Of a stretch of 64,000 bases of DNA, positions 39,093-48,831 are shown piece after piece. Below the pieces are notes generated by a model. It was not told the origin of the DNA. It searched no databases and saw only the letters and a list, made by a program, of their open reading frames with translations. The position numbers and the translations under genes were made by a program. Origin of the DNA: Anaerolineae bacterium (GTDB lineage Bacteria > Chloroflexota > Anaerolineae > B4-G1 > DUEL01); NCBI GenBank assembly GCA_016931695.1, contig JAFGEI010000159.1, positions 18,608-82,607 on the forward strand, given 5' to 3'. Within the stretch, counting starts at the first letter, position 1, and each line of letters starts with the position of its first letter.

Positions 39093-39665
39093 ATGGCGGA
39101 TGTTTGGGATCAAATCGCGCGCTATCGCAAGGTAAAAGTTTTGGCTGATGGTTCTCGCCTGCTGCTGCGACCGCTGCAGGAGGCGGACGAAGAAGCCCTG
39201 GTCGAGCTGTTTGCCCGCGCGTCGCGTGAGGATATCGAGTGGTTCCGCAGCGATGCGGCCGACCCCAATGTCGTGCGGCGATGGGTCGACCATCTCGATT
39301 ATCGGCGCGTTTTCCCCTTGATCGCCTTGGTTGGCGACCAGTTGGTGGGTGATGCGACGCTCCATTTTGGTGAGCACTATCACCGCCACCTGGCGTGGGT
39401 GCGCATCTTTTTGGACAAGCAGTACCGGCGGCAGGGAATTGGCACGTTGATGATGCACAGCATGATCGAAATTTCCCAGTTGATCGGCCTGCAGCAGTTG
39501 TACGGTGAGGTGGTCATCAACCAGGCGCACGTCATCCGCGGCTTTCAGGATATGGGCTTTCGACACGAGGTGACCCTGCAGGATTATTTTATCACCAGCA
39601 AGGGCGATCTGTTGGACATGGCGATCCTGGTGCTGCGGATGGTCGATCACACAGGGCAGTTTTAG
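39093..39665 (+). CDS. GNAT-family N-acetyltransferase
   Basis: Acetyl-CoA-binding motif QYRRQGIGTLMM and LRPLQEADEEALVELF N-terminal pattern. 190 aa. Confidence 0.75.
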   Translation: MADVWDQIARYRKVKVLADGSRLLLRPLQEADEEALVELFARASREDIEWFRSDAADPNVVRRWVDHLDYRRVFPLIALVGDQLVGDATLHFGEHYHRHLAWVRIFLDKQYRRQGIGTLMMHSMIEISQLIGLQQLYGEVVINQAHVIRGFQDMGFRHEVTLQDYFITSKGDLLDMAILVLRMVDHTGQF

Positions 39666-39682
39666 GCTGCCAGGAGGTGTCA

Positions 39683-40258
39683 ATGGGTGCGAGCCGGGAC
39701 CTGTCGTTCGCCGAGATGGTTCAGGAACAGAGTGGGGAGCCGGTCCAGCGCTGCTACTTTTGCCAAAAGTGTACCGCTGGCTGCCCGGTCGCCTACGCGA
39801 TGGACGTGAAACCGGCCCAGCTTTTGCGCTTGATTCAACTGGGAGAGAAGGAGGCGGTGCTGGGCAGTTCCGCCATTTGGCTTTGTGTGAACTGCCAAAC
39901 GTGCGGGGCGCGCTGTCCCAACCAGATTTACCTGGCGGGGATGTATGACGCCCTGCGGCAAATGGCGCTGGGCGAGGGATATGCGCCGGAGCCTTCTGTC
40001 TATGCCCTTCACCGCTCGTTCCTCGACAGCATCAAGATGTGGGGCCGCGTGCACGAGTTGACAATGTTGATGGAGTACAAGATGCGCTTGTTGCCCAAGC
40101 CAGCTATCTTTTTTGACGGGCTGGTTTCGGACTTGATGATGGGCGGGGGCCTGATTGCCAAGGGCAAGATATCGTTCGTTCCGGAACGGGTCAAGCGCCT
40201 GAAGGAAGTACGCCGGCTTTACGAGACGAATAGTCCTGGCACGGAGGTGGAGCCGTGA
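39683..40258 (+). CDS. hdrC: heterodisulfide reductase subunit C-like
   Basis: CYFCQKCTAGCPV and CVNCQTCGARCPN. ATG 39683 lies 5 nt after CAGGAGG. Confidence 0.8.
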   Translation: MGASRDLSFAEMVQEQSGEPVQRCYFCQKCTAGCPVAYAMDVKPAQLLRLIQLGEKEAVLGSSAIWLCVNCQTCGARCPNQIYLAGMYDALRQMALGEGYAPEPSVYALHRSFLDSIKMWGRVHELTMLMEYKMRLLPKPAIFFDGLVSDLMMGGGLIAKGKISFVPERVKRLKEVRRLYETNSPGTEVEP

Positions 40259-41097
40259 AGTACGCCTACTATCCTGGTTGCACCATCGAGACCACGGCGG
40301 TCGAGTTCGGCCGTTCCACCAATGCGGTCTGCGAGGCGTTGGGCATCGAATTGGTCGAGATCGAGGACTGGAACTGCTGCGGCGCGTCTTCGGCACACAG
40401 TCTCGACCACGAACTCTCCCTGCGCCTCCCGGCGCGGAACGTTGTCCTGGCCCAAGAGATCGGGGGCGACATTGTTGCCCCGTGCCCGGCCTGCTACCAA
40501 AACGTCCTCGCCGCCGACAACCGTCTGCGGGAGGACGAGGCCTGGCGGCGGCAGATGGAAGAGGTCGTTGGGGCAGCCTACACCGGGCAGGGACGCCCGC
40601 GCCACTTGTTGGAAGTGCTCAGCGAGCCTGAGGCCTTGGCTGCGGTCCGCGCCCGGGTCAAGCGCCCCTTGGCAGGGCTCAAGGTTGCTTCTTACTATGG
40701 CTGCGTGCTTGTCCGCCCGCCAGAGATCACCGGGTGGGACGACCCGGAGCACCCAGTGCGGATGGACGTACTGATGGCTGCCCTGGGGGCCGAAGCGGTC
40801 GATTGGTCTTATAAGGTTGACTGCTGCGGCGCCAGCCTGACCTTGAGCCGCAGTGAAATCGTCGTTCACCTGTCTACCCGCCTGGCCGAAGCGGCGGTGG
40901 AGGCGGGGGCGGACGTGGTTGCTGCGGCCTGTGGCATCTGCCAGATCAATCTCGACACGCGCCAGAAGCATATTCCTGCTCTCTATTTTACCGAGTTGAT
41001 GGCCCTCGCCTTTGACTTGCCCAACCTGGATCGATTGTTCAAGAAACACGGGGTCGATCCCCGCCCGGTGCTGCGGCGGCGCGGGTTGTTTGCGTAG
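40255..41097 (+). CDS. hdrB: heterodisulfide reductase subunit B-like
   Basis: YYPGCT...DWNCCGASS and SYYGCVLVRP...KVDCCGASL CCG motifs. The GTG start overlaps the hdrC TGA. Confidence 0.8.
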   Translation: MKYAYYPGCTIETTAVEFGRSTNAVCEALGIELVEIEDWNCCGASSAHSLDHELSLRLPARNVVLAQEIGGDIVAPCPACYQNVLAADNRLREDEAWRRQMEEVVGAAYTGQGRPRHLLEVLSEPEALAAVRARVKRPLAGLKVASYYGCVLVRPPEITGWDDPEHPVRMDVLMAALGAEAVDWSYKVDCCGASLTLSRSEIVVHLSTRLAEAAVEAGADVVAAACGICQINLDTRQKHIPALYFTELMALAFDLPNLDRLFKKHGVDPRPVLRRRGLFA

Positions 41098-41105
41098 GGG
41101 GATGT

Positions 41106-44100
41106 ATGACAAACGAGAAGCAAGTCTCTGAGCAAAACAAGGCGGTCCTGGTTGTCGGCGCGGGTATCAGCGGCATGCAGTCGGCGCTGCTGCTGGCGGA
41201 AGCCGGCTATCCTGTCCATTTGCTGGACGCAGCCCCGGCGATTGGCGGTGCCTTTCACCTGCTGGACCGCACCTTCCCTACCGACTCGTGTGGCATCTGT
41301 CACATGCTGCCGGGACGGGCGGCCTACTGCCCGACCATTGAGTGCGACTTGCACCCCAACATCGACATCCTGCCCTATGCCGAGGTGATTGGCCTGGAAG
41401 GAGAACCGGGCGCCTTTACCGTGCGGGTGCGGCACAAGCCGCGCTATGTCTCGGTCGAGCGCTGTATCGACTGCGCCCGCTGCGCCGGGGTCTGCCCGGA
41501 GGAGCGCTCCAGCCAGTACGAGGGCACGCTGCACATGGAGCGGGCAATTTACCGCCCGCCGCTGCGGGGGGTGCCGGGCACCTATGTGATCGACATGGAT
41601 GTCTGCACTCGCTGCGGCAAGTGCATTGAGGTTTGCCCCACCGATGCCATCGACCTGGACATGGCGCCTGTCGAGAGCACGCTGCAGGTGGGGGCGGTGA
41701 TCCTCAGCCCCGGCTTTGAGCCCTTTGACGCCCGGCTCAAGGGCGAGTTCGGGTTTGGTCACTATGACAATGTCCTCTCCAGCGTCCAGCTCGAGCGCAT
41801 GATCAGCTTTGCCGGCTCCACCAGCGCCCACGTCCTGCGCCCGTCCGACGGCGCTACGCCCCGCCGCGTCGCTTTTATCCACTGCGTCGGCTCGCGGGAC
41901 GTGTCAATTGGTAAGGGCTACTGCTCTTCCGTCTGCTGCATGTACGCTGCCAAGCAGGTCAAGGTGCTCAAGAGCCTGGAGCCGGATGTCGACGTGACGG
42001 TCTTTTTTATGGACATCCGCGCGCACGGCAAGGATTTTGACGCCTACTTTGACCAGGTCGAGGCGCTGCCGGGGGTGACCTATCGCCGCAGCATGGTCTC
42101 GGCGGTTCACCAACTCCAGCAAAGCCGCAATCTCTTGTTGACCTATGTGGCGGAGGACGGCAGCCCGGTCGAGGCAGAGTTCGACATGGTCGTGCTGGTG
42201 GTTGGATTTGGCGCACCGGAAGGCGTCCAGGCGCTGGGCGAGACGCTGGGCGTCGCGCTGAACGAGTACGGATTTGGCCGGACAGGGTACTTTGCGCCCG
42301 ACCGCAGCTCGCGCCCCGGCATCTTTTTGGCCGGTTCGTTCCGCGAGCCGAAGGACATTCCCGAGACGGTGGTGGAAGCTTCGGCGGTGGCGGGCAGCGC
42401 AGCCCGCCTGTTGAACGGCGGGTCGCAGTCCCCCCTGGCCTCGCCGGAGGCGGAGGAGCGCGACGTGTCGGAGGAATGGCCGCGGGTCGGCGTCTTTATC
42501 GGCGACTGCGCCGGCACCCTGGCCGAAACGGTCGATCTGGAGGCGGTGGCAGCGCACGCCCGGGGGCTGCGCCACGTCGCCCTGGCGCAGATCGTCGCTG
42601 ACGGGTTTGCTGCCGCCGGGCTGGCTGCCGTTGCCCGGACAGTGCAGGAGGAAAAGATCAACCGCGTCGTCGTCGCTGGACCGGTGGACCTGCGCCTGTC
42701 GGACGCTTTGCGGGCCATGATGGCCGAGGCTGCCCTCAACGCCAACCTGCTGGAGGTCGTGAATTTGGGCGGCGAGGTTGCCTGGCCCCACGCCGGCAAC
42801 GGTGCCGCGACGACCAAGGCCATGCGCCTGGTCGAAATGGCGGTGGCGGGCGCGATCTACCGCCAGCCCTTCCGCCCGCCGGCAGAACCGTTGGACCAGC
42901 GCGTGCTGGTGATCGGCGGTGGGCTGGCAGGGATGACCGCTGCCCTGGCCGCGGCCGAGATGGGCCACCCGGTCGACCTGGTGGAGCGCGATGATGTTCT
43001 TGGTGGACAGCTGCGTCACCTGCGCTTTGTGCTGGGCGGCAGCGATCCCCAGGCGGCGTTGACGGCGCTGCTGGAGCAGGTGCGGGATCAGCCTCGCATC
43101 CGTGTCCGGTTGCAGACCGCGGTGCAGGGGGTGACGGGACGGCTGGGCCAGTTCCAGGCTGCGCTGGCCCCCGTCGACGGCGAGCCGGAAGAAGAGACCT
43201 ACGGCGCGGTGATTGTCGCCACTGGCGGGCGGGAGGTTACGCCGGCCGAGTACCTGTACGGCCAGGACGAGCGGGTGCTCACCCAGCGCGAGCTGGAACA
43301 GCGGATGGCGGACTTGGATCCTCAGTCCATCGTCATGATCCAATGCGTCGGCTCCCGCGAGCCGGAGCGGCCCTATTGCAGCCGCATCTGCTGTACCAAG
43401 GCGGTGACCAACGCGCTGGCGGTCAAGGAGCGCAATCCCGCGGCCCGCGTCTATGTGCTGTACCGCGAGATTCGCACGTACGGGTTCCGCGAGGATGCCT
43501 ACCGCCAGGCGCGGGAAAAGGGCGTGATCTTTATGCGCTACGACCTCGATCACAAGCCGGAGGTCGAGGCGCTGGAAGAAGGCCTGCGGGTCCGGCTGGT
43601 CGAACCGATCAGCGGCCGCAAAGTGACCTTGCTAAGCGATCTCGTCGTGCTCAGCAATGGCATCGCGGCCAACGACAACCGGGCCCTGGCCGAGAGCATG
43701 GGGTTGGAGCTGGACGACTATGGCTTTTTCCGCGAGGAGCATGTCAAGATGCGCCCGCTCGACCTGGGCCAGCGCGGCATCTTTGTCGCCGGCCTGGCCC
43801 ACTCGCCGCGGGCAGCAGACGAGACCATCGCCATGGCCCAGGGCGCGGCGATGCGGGCGGTATGCCTGCTGGCGCCCGCCCGCGTCGAGGCGCAGCGGAC
43901 CGTGGCGCGGGTCAACCCTCGCCTCTGCTCCACCTGCGGTCTCTGCGTCGAGGCCTGCCCCTACGGGGCGCGCCGCTTGGGCCCCGATGACGCTTACGCC
44001 GAGGTCCTGGAGACGGTCTGCCAGGGCTGTGGGGTCTGCCTGATGGTCTGCCCTAACGGCGCTACCGAGCAGGTGGGCTTTGCCATGCGCCGGGTGTATG

Positions 44101-44126
44101 ACATGCTCGACGCGGCGGTGTCTTAG
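41106..44126 (+). CDS. double-module HdrA-like flavoprotein (1006 aa)
   Basis: Two FAD folds (VLVVGAGISGMQSAL; VLVIGGGLAGMTAAL). Two HdrA signatures (AFIHCVGSRD..YCSSVCCMY; VMIQCVGSREPERPYCSRICC). A degenerate N-domain linker (RVGVFIGDCAG). C-terminal CSTCGLCVEACPY / CQGCGVCLMVCPN. Confidence 0.8.
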   Translation: MTNEKQVSEQNKAVLVVGAGISGMQSALLLAEAGYPVHLLDAAPAIGGAFHLLDRTFPTDSCGICHMLPGRAAYCPTIECDLHPNIDILPYAEVIGLEGEPGAFTVRVRHKPRYVSVERCIDCARCAGVCPEERSSQYEGTLHMERAIYRPPLRGVPGTYVIDMDVCTRCGKCIEVCPTDAIDLDMAPVESTLQVGAVILSPGFEPFDARLKGEFGFGHYDNVLSSVQLERMISFAGSTSAHVLRPSDGATPRRVAFIHCVGSRDVSIGKGYCSSVCCMYAAKQVKVLKSLEPDVDVTVFFMDIRAHGKDFDAYFDQVEALPGVTYRRSMVSAVHQLQQSRNLLLTYVAEDGSPVEAEFDMVVLVVGFGAPEGVQALGETLGVALNEYGFGRTGYFAPDRSSRPGIFLAGSFREPKDIPETVVEASAVAGSAARLLNGGSQSPLASPEAEERDVSEEWPRVGVFIGDCAGTLAETVDLEAVAAHARGLRHVALAQIVADGFAAAGLAAVARTVQEEKINRVVVAGPVDLRLSDALRAMMAEAALNANLLEVVNLGGEVAWPHAGNGAATTKAMRLVEMAVAGAIYRQPFRPPAEPLDQRVLVIGGGLAGMTAALAAAEMGHPVDLVERDDVLGGQLRHLRFVLGGSDPQAALTALLEQVRDQPRIRVRLQTAVQGVTGRLGQFQAALAPVDGEPEEETYGAVIVATGGREVTPAEYLYGQDERVLTQRELEQRMADLDPQSIVMIQCVGSREPERPYCSRICCTKAVTNALAVKERNPAARVYVLYREIRTYGFREDAYRQAREKGVIFMRYDLDHKPEVEALEEGLRVRLVEPISGRKVTLLSDLVVLSNGIAANDNRALAESMGLELDDYGFFREEHVKMRPLDLGQRGIFVAGLAHSPRAADETIAMAQGAAMRAVCLLAPARVEAQRTVARVNPRLCSTCGLCVEACPYGARRLGPDDAYAEVLETVCQGCGVCLMVCPNGATEQVGFAMRRVYDMLDAAVS

Positions 44127-44135
44127 GAGGCGCGC

Positions 44136-45452
44136 ATGAGCTCTGACAAGCCAGCGGCGTTGATCATTGGGGCGGGAATTGCCGGCATCCAGGCTGCGTT
44201 GGATATCGCGGACGCTGGCTACCCGGTCTATCTCGTCGAGCGAGAGCCCAGTGTCGGCGGTCGCATGGCGCAGCTGGACAAGACTTTTCCTACCCTGGAT
44301 TGCTCTTCTTGCATCCTCACGCCCAAGATGGTCGACGTGGGGCAGCATCCCAACATTCGTTTGATGACCTACGCCGAGGTTGTTTCCGTGAGTGGGGAAA
44401 AGGGGGCTTTCCGCGCCTTGGTGCGCAAAAAACCCCGTTACGTGGACGAGGAAAAGTGTACCGGCTGCGGGGCCTGCGCCGAGGCCTGCCGCATGCACGG
44501 GCGGATCATCGATACCTTCAACCAGGGGCTGGGAATGCGGGCTTCGATCTATGTGCCCTTCCCGCAGGCGGTTCCGCTGATCTATACCGTGGACCCCGAG
44601 GCCTGCCTCTACCTGACCCGTGGCAAGTGTGGTAATACCTTCAAGTGTAAGGATGCCTGTCCGGCTGACGCCATCGACTTTGAGCAGAAGGAAAAGTTGG
44701 TCGAGCTCGACGTGGCGACGGTCATTGTCGCCACGGGATTCGACCTGGTCGATCCGGCAACCAAGCCCGAGTTTGGGTATGGCGTCTATCCGAACGTCCT
44801 CACCGGGCTCGAGTTCGAGCGACTGTCGTCCGCCTCCGGCCCGACGGCAGGCAAGATCGTGCTCGATGGTAAGGAACCGGAGGACGTCGTGTTCATTCAC
44901 TGCGTCGGCTCGCGCGATCCGCACGGCGGGATTCCCTACTGCTCCCGCATTTGTTGCATGTACACGGCCAAGCACGCTCACCTGGTGCGGGACCGGCTGC
45001 CCGATGCCCGCATCACTGTCTTTTACATCGACATGCGCGCTTTTGGCAAGGGCTATGAAGAGTTTTACGACCGGGTCAAGCACGAAGGTGTGCTCTACCG
45101 GCGCGGTGAACCGTCCGAGGTCTACCGGCGCGGGGAAAAACTGGTCGTCCGTGCGGAGGATACGCTGCTCCGCCGTACGGTTGAGGTGGAGGCGGACATG
45201 GTGGTGCTGGCGACGGCGGTCGTGCCGCGTGCTGACGAGGCCCAGCTTGCCGAGTCGTTGAGCCTGGAGCGGTCGCCGGAGGGCTTTTTCCGGGAGGCAC
45301 ATCCCAAGATCCGTCCCGTCGAAAGCAGCCGTGCGGGTTTCTTTTTGGCTGGCTGCTGCCAGGGCCCCAAGGATATTCCGGATACCGTCGCCCAGGCCAA
45401 GGCTGCAGCAGCATCGGCGATGGTCGTCTTGGCCGCAGCGAACCGCGCCTAG
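44136..45452 (+). CDS. short HdrA-like flavoprotein (FAD module only, 438 aa)
   Basis: ALIIGAGIAGIQAAL, CTGCGACAEAC, and VFIHCVGSRDPHGGIPYCSRICCMY. It lacks both the N-terminal domain and the C-terminal ferredoxin domain. Confidence 0.8.
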   Translation: MSSDKPAALIIGAGIAGIQAALDIADAGYPVYLVEREPSVGGRMAQLDKTFPTLDCSSCILTPKMVDVGQHPNIRLMTYAEVVSVSGEKGAFRALVRKKPRYVDEEKCTGCGACAEACRMHGRIIDTFNQGLGMRASIYVPFPQAVPLIYTVDPEACLYLTRGKCGNTFKCKDACPADAIDFEQKEKLVELDVATVIVATGFDLVDPATKPEFGYGVYPNVLTGLEFERLSSASGPTAGKIVLDGKEPEDVVFIHCVGSRDPHGGIPYCSRICCMYTAKHAHLVRDRLPDARITVFYIDMRAFGKGYEEFYDRVKHEGVLYRRGEPSEVYRRGEKLVVRAEDTLLRRTVEVEADMVVLATAVVPRADEAQLAESLSLERSPEGFFREAHPKIRPVESSRAGFFLAGCCQGPKDIPDTVAQAKAAAASAMVVLAAANRA

Positions 45453-45480
45453 CGCGGAACCGCCATCCACAGGAGGCGAA

Positions 45481-46626
45481 ATGCAGGATATTCAGCAGTT
45501 TGCGAACGAGATCGGCCTTGATCTGGACCTGTTGGCCTGTATCCAGTGTGGCAAGTGCAGCGGTGGCTGTCCGGTTTCCATCACCACTGCCCTCAACATT
45601 CGCTTTCTCGTCTACGAGAGCCTGTTGGATGCGCTGCCGGAACTGGTGCACATGGAGGAGTTGTGGGATTGCACCTGCTGCTTTACCTGCGTCGAGCGCT
45701 GTCCCAAGGACGTGCGCCCGGCAGAGCTGATCATTACCCTGCGCAACCAGTTGGTCGAGAGCGGCAAGATTCCGGGCACGATTGGCGAGGCGCTGATGGG
45801 TATTTTCCGCCAGGGCAATCCGCTGGGGCTTGCGCGCGAAGATCGGGCGCTGTGGGCGGAGGGGCTCGACGTCAAGCCGGCGCGGGAAGGCTGCGACACG
45901 CTGCTGTTCACCTGCTGTTACTCGGCCTACGACGTCCAGTCCCAGCCAGCGACAAAGGCCCTGGTGCGCATCCTCCACGCCGCAGGGGTCGACCTGGGCT
46001 ACCTGGGCACGGAGGAGACGTGCTGTGGCAACGAAGTGAAGCGGGTCGGGGAAAAAGCCATGTTCGACGAAATGCTGGTCGAGGAGGGGAAGGCGCTCTT
46101 GGAGAGCGTCGGCGCCCGCTGTATCGTGACCACTTCTCCCCACTGCTACAATACCTTCAAGAACGAGTATGGCCTGGAAGGAATCGAGGTGCTGCACTAT
46201 ACCCAGGTCCTCGCCCGGCTGCTGGAGGAAGGCCAGTTAAAGCTTTCCGTGCCGGTGGAGAAAACTGTCACCTATCACGATCCCTGCTTCCTGGGCAAGC
46301 AGAACAAGGTCTTTGACGAACCGCGGGCAGTGCTGCGGGCGATCCCAGGGCTGAATTTCGTCGAGATGGACCGCATCCGCGAGCGCAGTCTCTGCTGCGA
46401 GGGAGGCGGCGGGCGGATGTGGTTCGAGGGCACAAACACCGAGGATCGCCTGGCATTCCAGCGGGTGCAGGAGGCGGTCGACACGGGGGCCGAGGTCCTT
46501 GCAGTCGCCTGTCCGTTCTGCCTGGCCATGCTCGCCGACGCGGCGAAGGTGAAGGGGCTGGAGGAGCAGCTCAAGGTGATGGACATTTCCGAGCTGGTGG
46601 TGCAGGCATTGGGAGATGGCGGGTAG
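45481..46626 (+). CDS. HdrD-like Fe-S protein (HdrC-type ferredoxin fused to two CCG domains)
   Basis: CIQCGKCSGGCPV, CTCCFTCVERCPKDV, then CCG motifs (FTCCYSAY, ETCCGNE, YHDPCFLGK, SLCCEGGGG). ATG 45481 follows ACAGGAGG. Confidence 0.8.
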   Translation: MQDIQQFANEIGLDLDLLACIQCGKCSGGCPVSITTALNIRFLVYESLLDALPELVHMEELWDCTCCFTCVERCPKDVRPAELIITLRNQLVESGKIPGTIGEALMGIFRQGNPLGLAREDRALWAEGLDVKPAREGCDTLLFTCCYSAYDVQSQPATKALVRILHAAGVDLGYLGTEETCCGNEVKRVGEKAMFDEMLVEEGKALLESVGARCIVTTSPHCYNTFKNEYGLEGIEVLHYTQVLARLLEEGQLKLSVPVEKTVTYHDPCFLGKQNKVFDEPRAVLRAIPGLNFVEMDRIRERSLCCEGGGGRMWFEGTNTEDRLAFQRVQEAVDTGAEVLAVACPFCLAMLADAAKVKGLEEQLKVMDISELVVQALGDGG

Positions 46627-46634
46627 GGGAAAAG

Positions 46635-48335
46635 ATGATGAGTGAGAAGTCAAAACCGCGCATCGGCGTCTATGTTTGCCACTGCGGCACCAACATTGCT
46701 GCGACGGTCGACGTGGAAGCGGTGGCCGAGTATGCCCAGAACCTGCCGGGCGTCGTGCAGGCGCGGCACTATACCTACATGTGCTCGGATCCGGGACAGA
46801 CGCTGATCAAGGAGGACTGCCGGGCATTGGGCTTGAACCGCGTCGTCGTGGCTTCTTGCTCTCCACGCATGCACGAACCGACCTTTCGCGCTGCGGCCCA
46901 GGAGGGCGGGGTCAATTCCTATCGCACCGAGATGGCCAATATCCGCGAGCAGTGCTCCTGGGTCCACCACGACAAGGAGGCGGCCACGCGCAAGGCCAAG
47001 GTGCTGGTCGCTTCGGCGGTGGCCAAGGTGACCCATCTCGAACCGCTGGAGGAGCGGGAGGCGGGCGTGCATCCGGGGACGCTCGTTATCGGCGGCGGCG
47101 TGGCCGGGCTGTCTGCCGCGCTGGACGTCGCGGAGGCTGGCTTTCCGGCCTATATCGTCGAAAAGAGCGATCGCCTGGGCGGGCACGTGGCCGAACTGGG
47201 ACACACCTTTCCCGACCTGGAGCCGACGGCGGACTGGCTGGCGCCGCTGATTCGCCGGGTGGAGGAGCACCCCGCGATCACGGTCATGCTCGACGCGCAG
47301 GTGGAAGAGGTGGCGGGCTTTGTCGGCAATTTTGAGGTTACTGTCTTGCAGGGCGGGCAGGCGCAGCAGATTGACGTGGGGACGATCGTTATCGCCACCG
47401 GCTACCAGCTTTTCGACCCCAGCCGCAAGCCCGAGTTCGGTTATGGCCGCTACCCGGGCGTGCTCACGACCTGGGAATTGGAGCAGCGGCTGGCCACGGG
47501 CGACCTGGTCGTGGCGGGCCGGGCGCCGCAGGACGTTGCCTTTATCAAGTGTGTTGGCTCCCGCGACATTCAACTGGGCAACCCCTACTGCTCGCGCGTC
47601 TGCTGCATGGTCGCGGCCAAGCAGGCCCAGATGGTGCGCCAGGCGCTGCCCGAGACGCGGGTCACCGTGTTCTACATCGACGTGCGCGCTTTTGGCAAGC
47701 GCGGCGAAGAGTTTTACGATGAGGCGCGCGAGGCCGGCGTGCGCTACCGCCGCGGCAACGTCTCCGAGGTCTATCGCCGGGGCGAGCGGCTGGTGCTGCG
47801 GGTGGAGGACACGTTCTTGCGCCGCACGGTGGAGCACGAAACGGACATGGTGGTGCTGGCGGTGGGGATGGAGCCGCGTGACGACACGGGCGTGATCTCG
47901 GCGCTGCTCAAGCTGCCGCGCTCTGCCGACGGCTTTTTCCTCGAGGCGCATCCCAAGTTGGGGCCGGTGGATACGACGACGAACGGGGTCTTTTTGGCCG
48001 GCTGCTGCCAGGCCCCCAAGGATATTCCTGATACCGTGGCCCAGGCCAAGGCGGCAGCCTCGTCGGCGCTGATCCCGTTGATTCGGGGGACGGTGCCGGT
48101 CATCTCGGAGACGGCAATTGTGGATGCCGAGCTCTGCGCCGGCTGTGGGATGTGTGTCGATGTCTGTCCCTACGGCGCGCCGGCGCTCGACCCGCTGTGG
48201 GGTGTCTCGCGCATCAATGCCGTGTTGTGTAAGGGGTGCGGCGCCTGTGCCGTGACCTGTCCGTCCAAGGCGATTTGCCTGCAGCAGTTTACGCCGGAAC
48301 AGATCATGGCCCAGGTCGACGTACTGACGGTCTAG
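46635..48335 (+). CDS. hdrA: heterodisulfide reductase subunit A (canonical)
   Basis: RIGVYVCHCGTNIAATVD, LVIGGGVAGLSAAL, AFIKCVGSRD..YCSRVCCMV, CAGCGMCVDVCPY / CKGCGACAVTCPS. The start is at ATG 46635, after the upstream stop at 46626. Confidence 0.9.
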   Translation: MMSEKSKPRIGVYVCHCGTNIAATVDVEAVAEYAQNLPGVVQARHYTYMCSDPGQTLIKEDCRALGLNRVVVASCSPRMHEPTFRAAAQEGGVNSYRTEMANIREQCSWVHHDKEAATRKAKVLVASAVAKVTHLEPLEEREAGVHPGTLVIGGGVAGLSAALDVAEAGFPAYIVEKSDRLGGHVAELGHTFPDLEPTADWLAPLIRRVEEHPAITVMLDAQVEEVAGFVGNFEVTVLQGGQAQQIDVGTIVIATGYQLFDPSRKPEFGYGRYPGVLTTWELEQRLATGDLVVAGRAPQDVAFIKCVGSRDIQLGNPYCSRVCCMVAAKQAQMVRQALPETRVTVFYIDVRAFGKRGEEFYDEAREAGVRYRRGNVSEVYRRGERLVLRVEDTFLRRTVEHETDMVVLAVGMEPRDDTGVISALLKLPRSADGFFLEAHPKLGPVDTTTNGVFLAGCCQAPKDIPDTVAQAKAAASSALIPLIRGTVPVISETAIVDAELCAGCGMCVDVCPYGAPALDPLWGVSRINAVLCKGCGACAVTCPSKAICLQQFTPEQIMAQVDVLTV

Positions 48336-48380
48336 AATTTTCTCGGTATACTCGTGTAATTTGACGTGGAGGGAAACAGC

Positions 48381-48809
48381 ATGAGCGATGAGTCGTTCGA
48401 GCCCAAGATCGTTGCTTTCCTGTGCAACTGGTGCACCTATACCGGCGCTGACCTGGCTGGCACGTCGCGCATTCAGTATCCGCCCAACGTGCGGATCATC
48501 CGCCTGATGTGTTCGGGTTCGGTGGACCCCACCTACGTGCTCAAGGCGCTCCTGGATGGCGCGGACGGAGTGTTGATCGGCGGCTGTCACCCCGGTGACT
48601 GCCACTACCAGTCGGGCAACTACAAGGCCCGGCGGCGGATCATTGCCTTGAAAGAGATTGTCAAGCAGGCCGGGCTGGACGAGGAACGGGTCTGGCTGCG
48701 CTGGGTATCGGCCTCGGAGGGGCAGCGCTTTGCCGACGTGGTGACCCAGATGGTCGGGGCCTTGAAAGAGAAGGGCCCCAATCCGCTGCGGCAGGAGTGG
48801 GCGGTATAG
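48381..48809 (+). CDS. mvhD: MvhD-like [2Fe-2S] electron-transfer protein (copy 1, all-Cys)
   Basis: PKIVAFLCNWCTYTGADLAG, YPPNVRIIRLMCSGSVD, and DGVLIGGCHPGDCHY. Confidence 0.9.
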   Translation: MSDESFEPKIVAFLCNWCTYTGADLAGTSRIQYPPNVRIIRLMCSGSVDPTYVLKALLDGADGVLIGGCHPGDCHYQSGNYKARRRIIALKEIVKQAGLDEERVWLRWVSASEGQRFADVVTQMVGALKEKGPNPLRQEWAV

Positions 48810-48831
48810 CAAAACTCGCCGAGAGGGAGAT

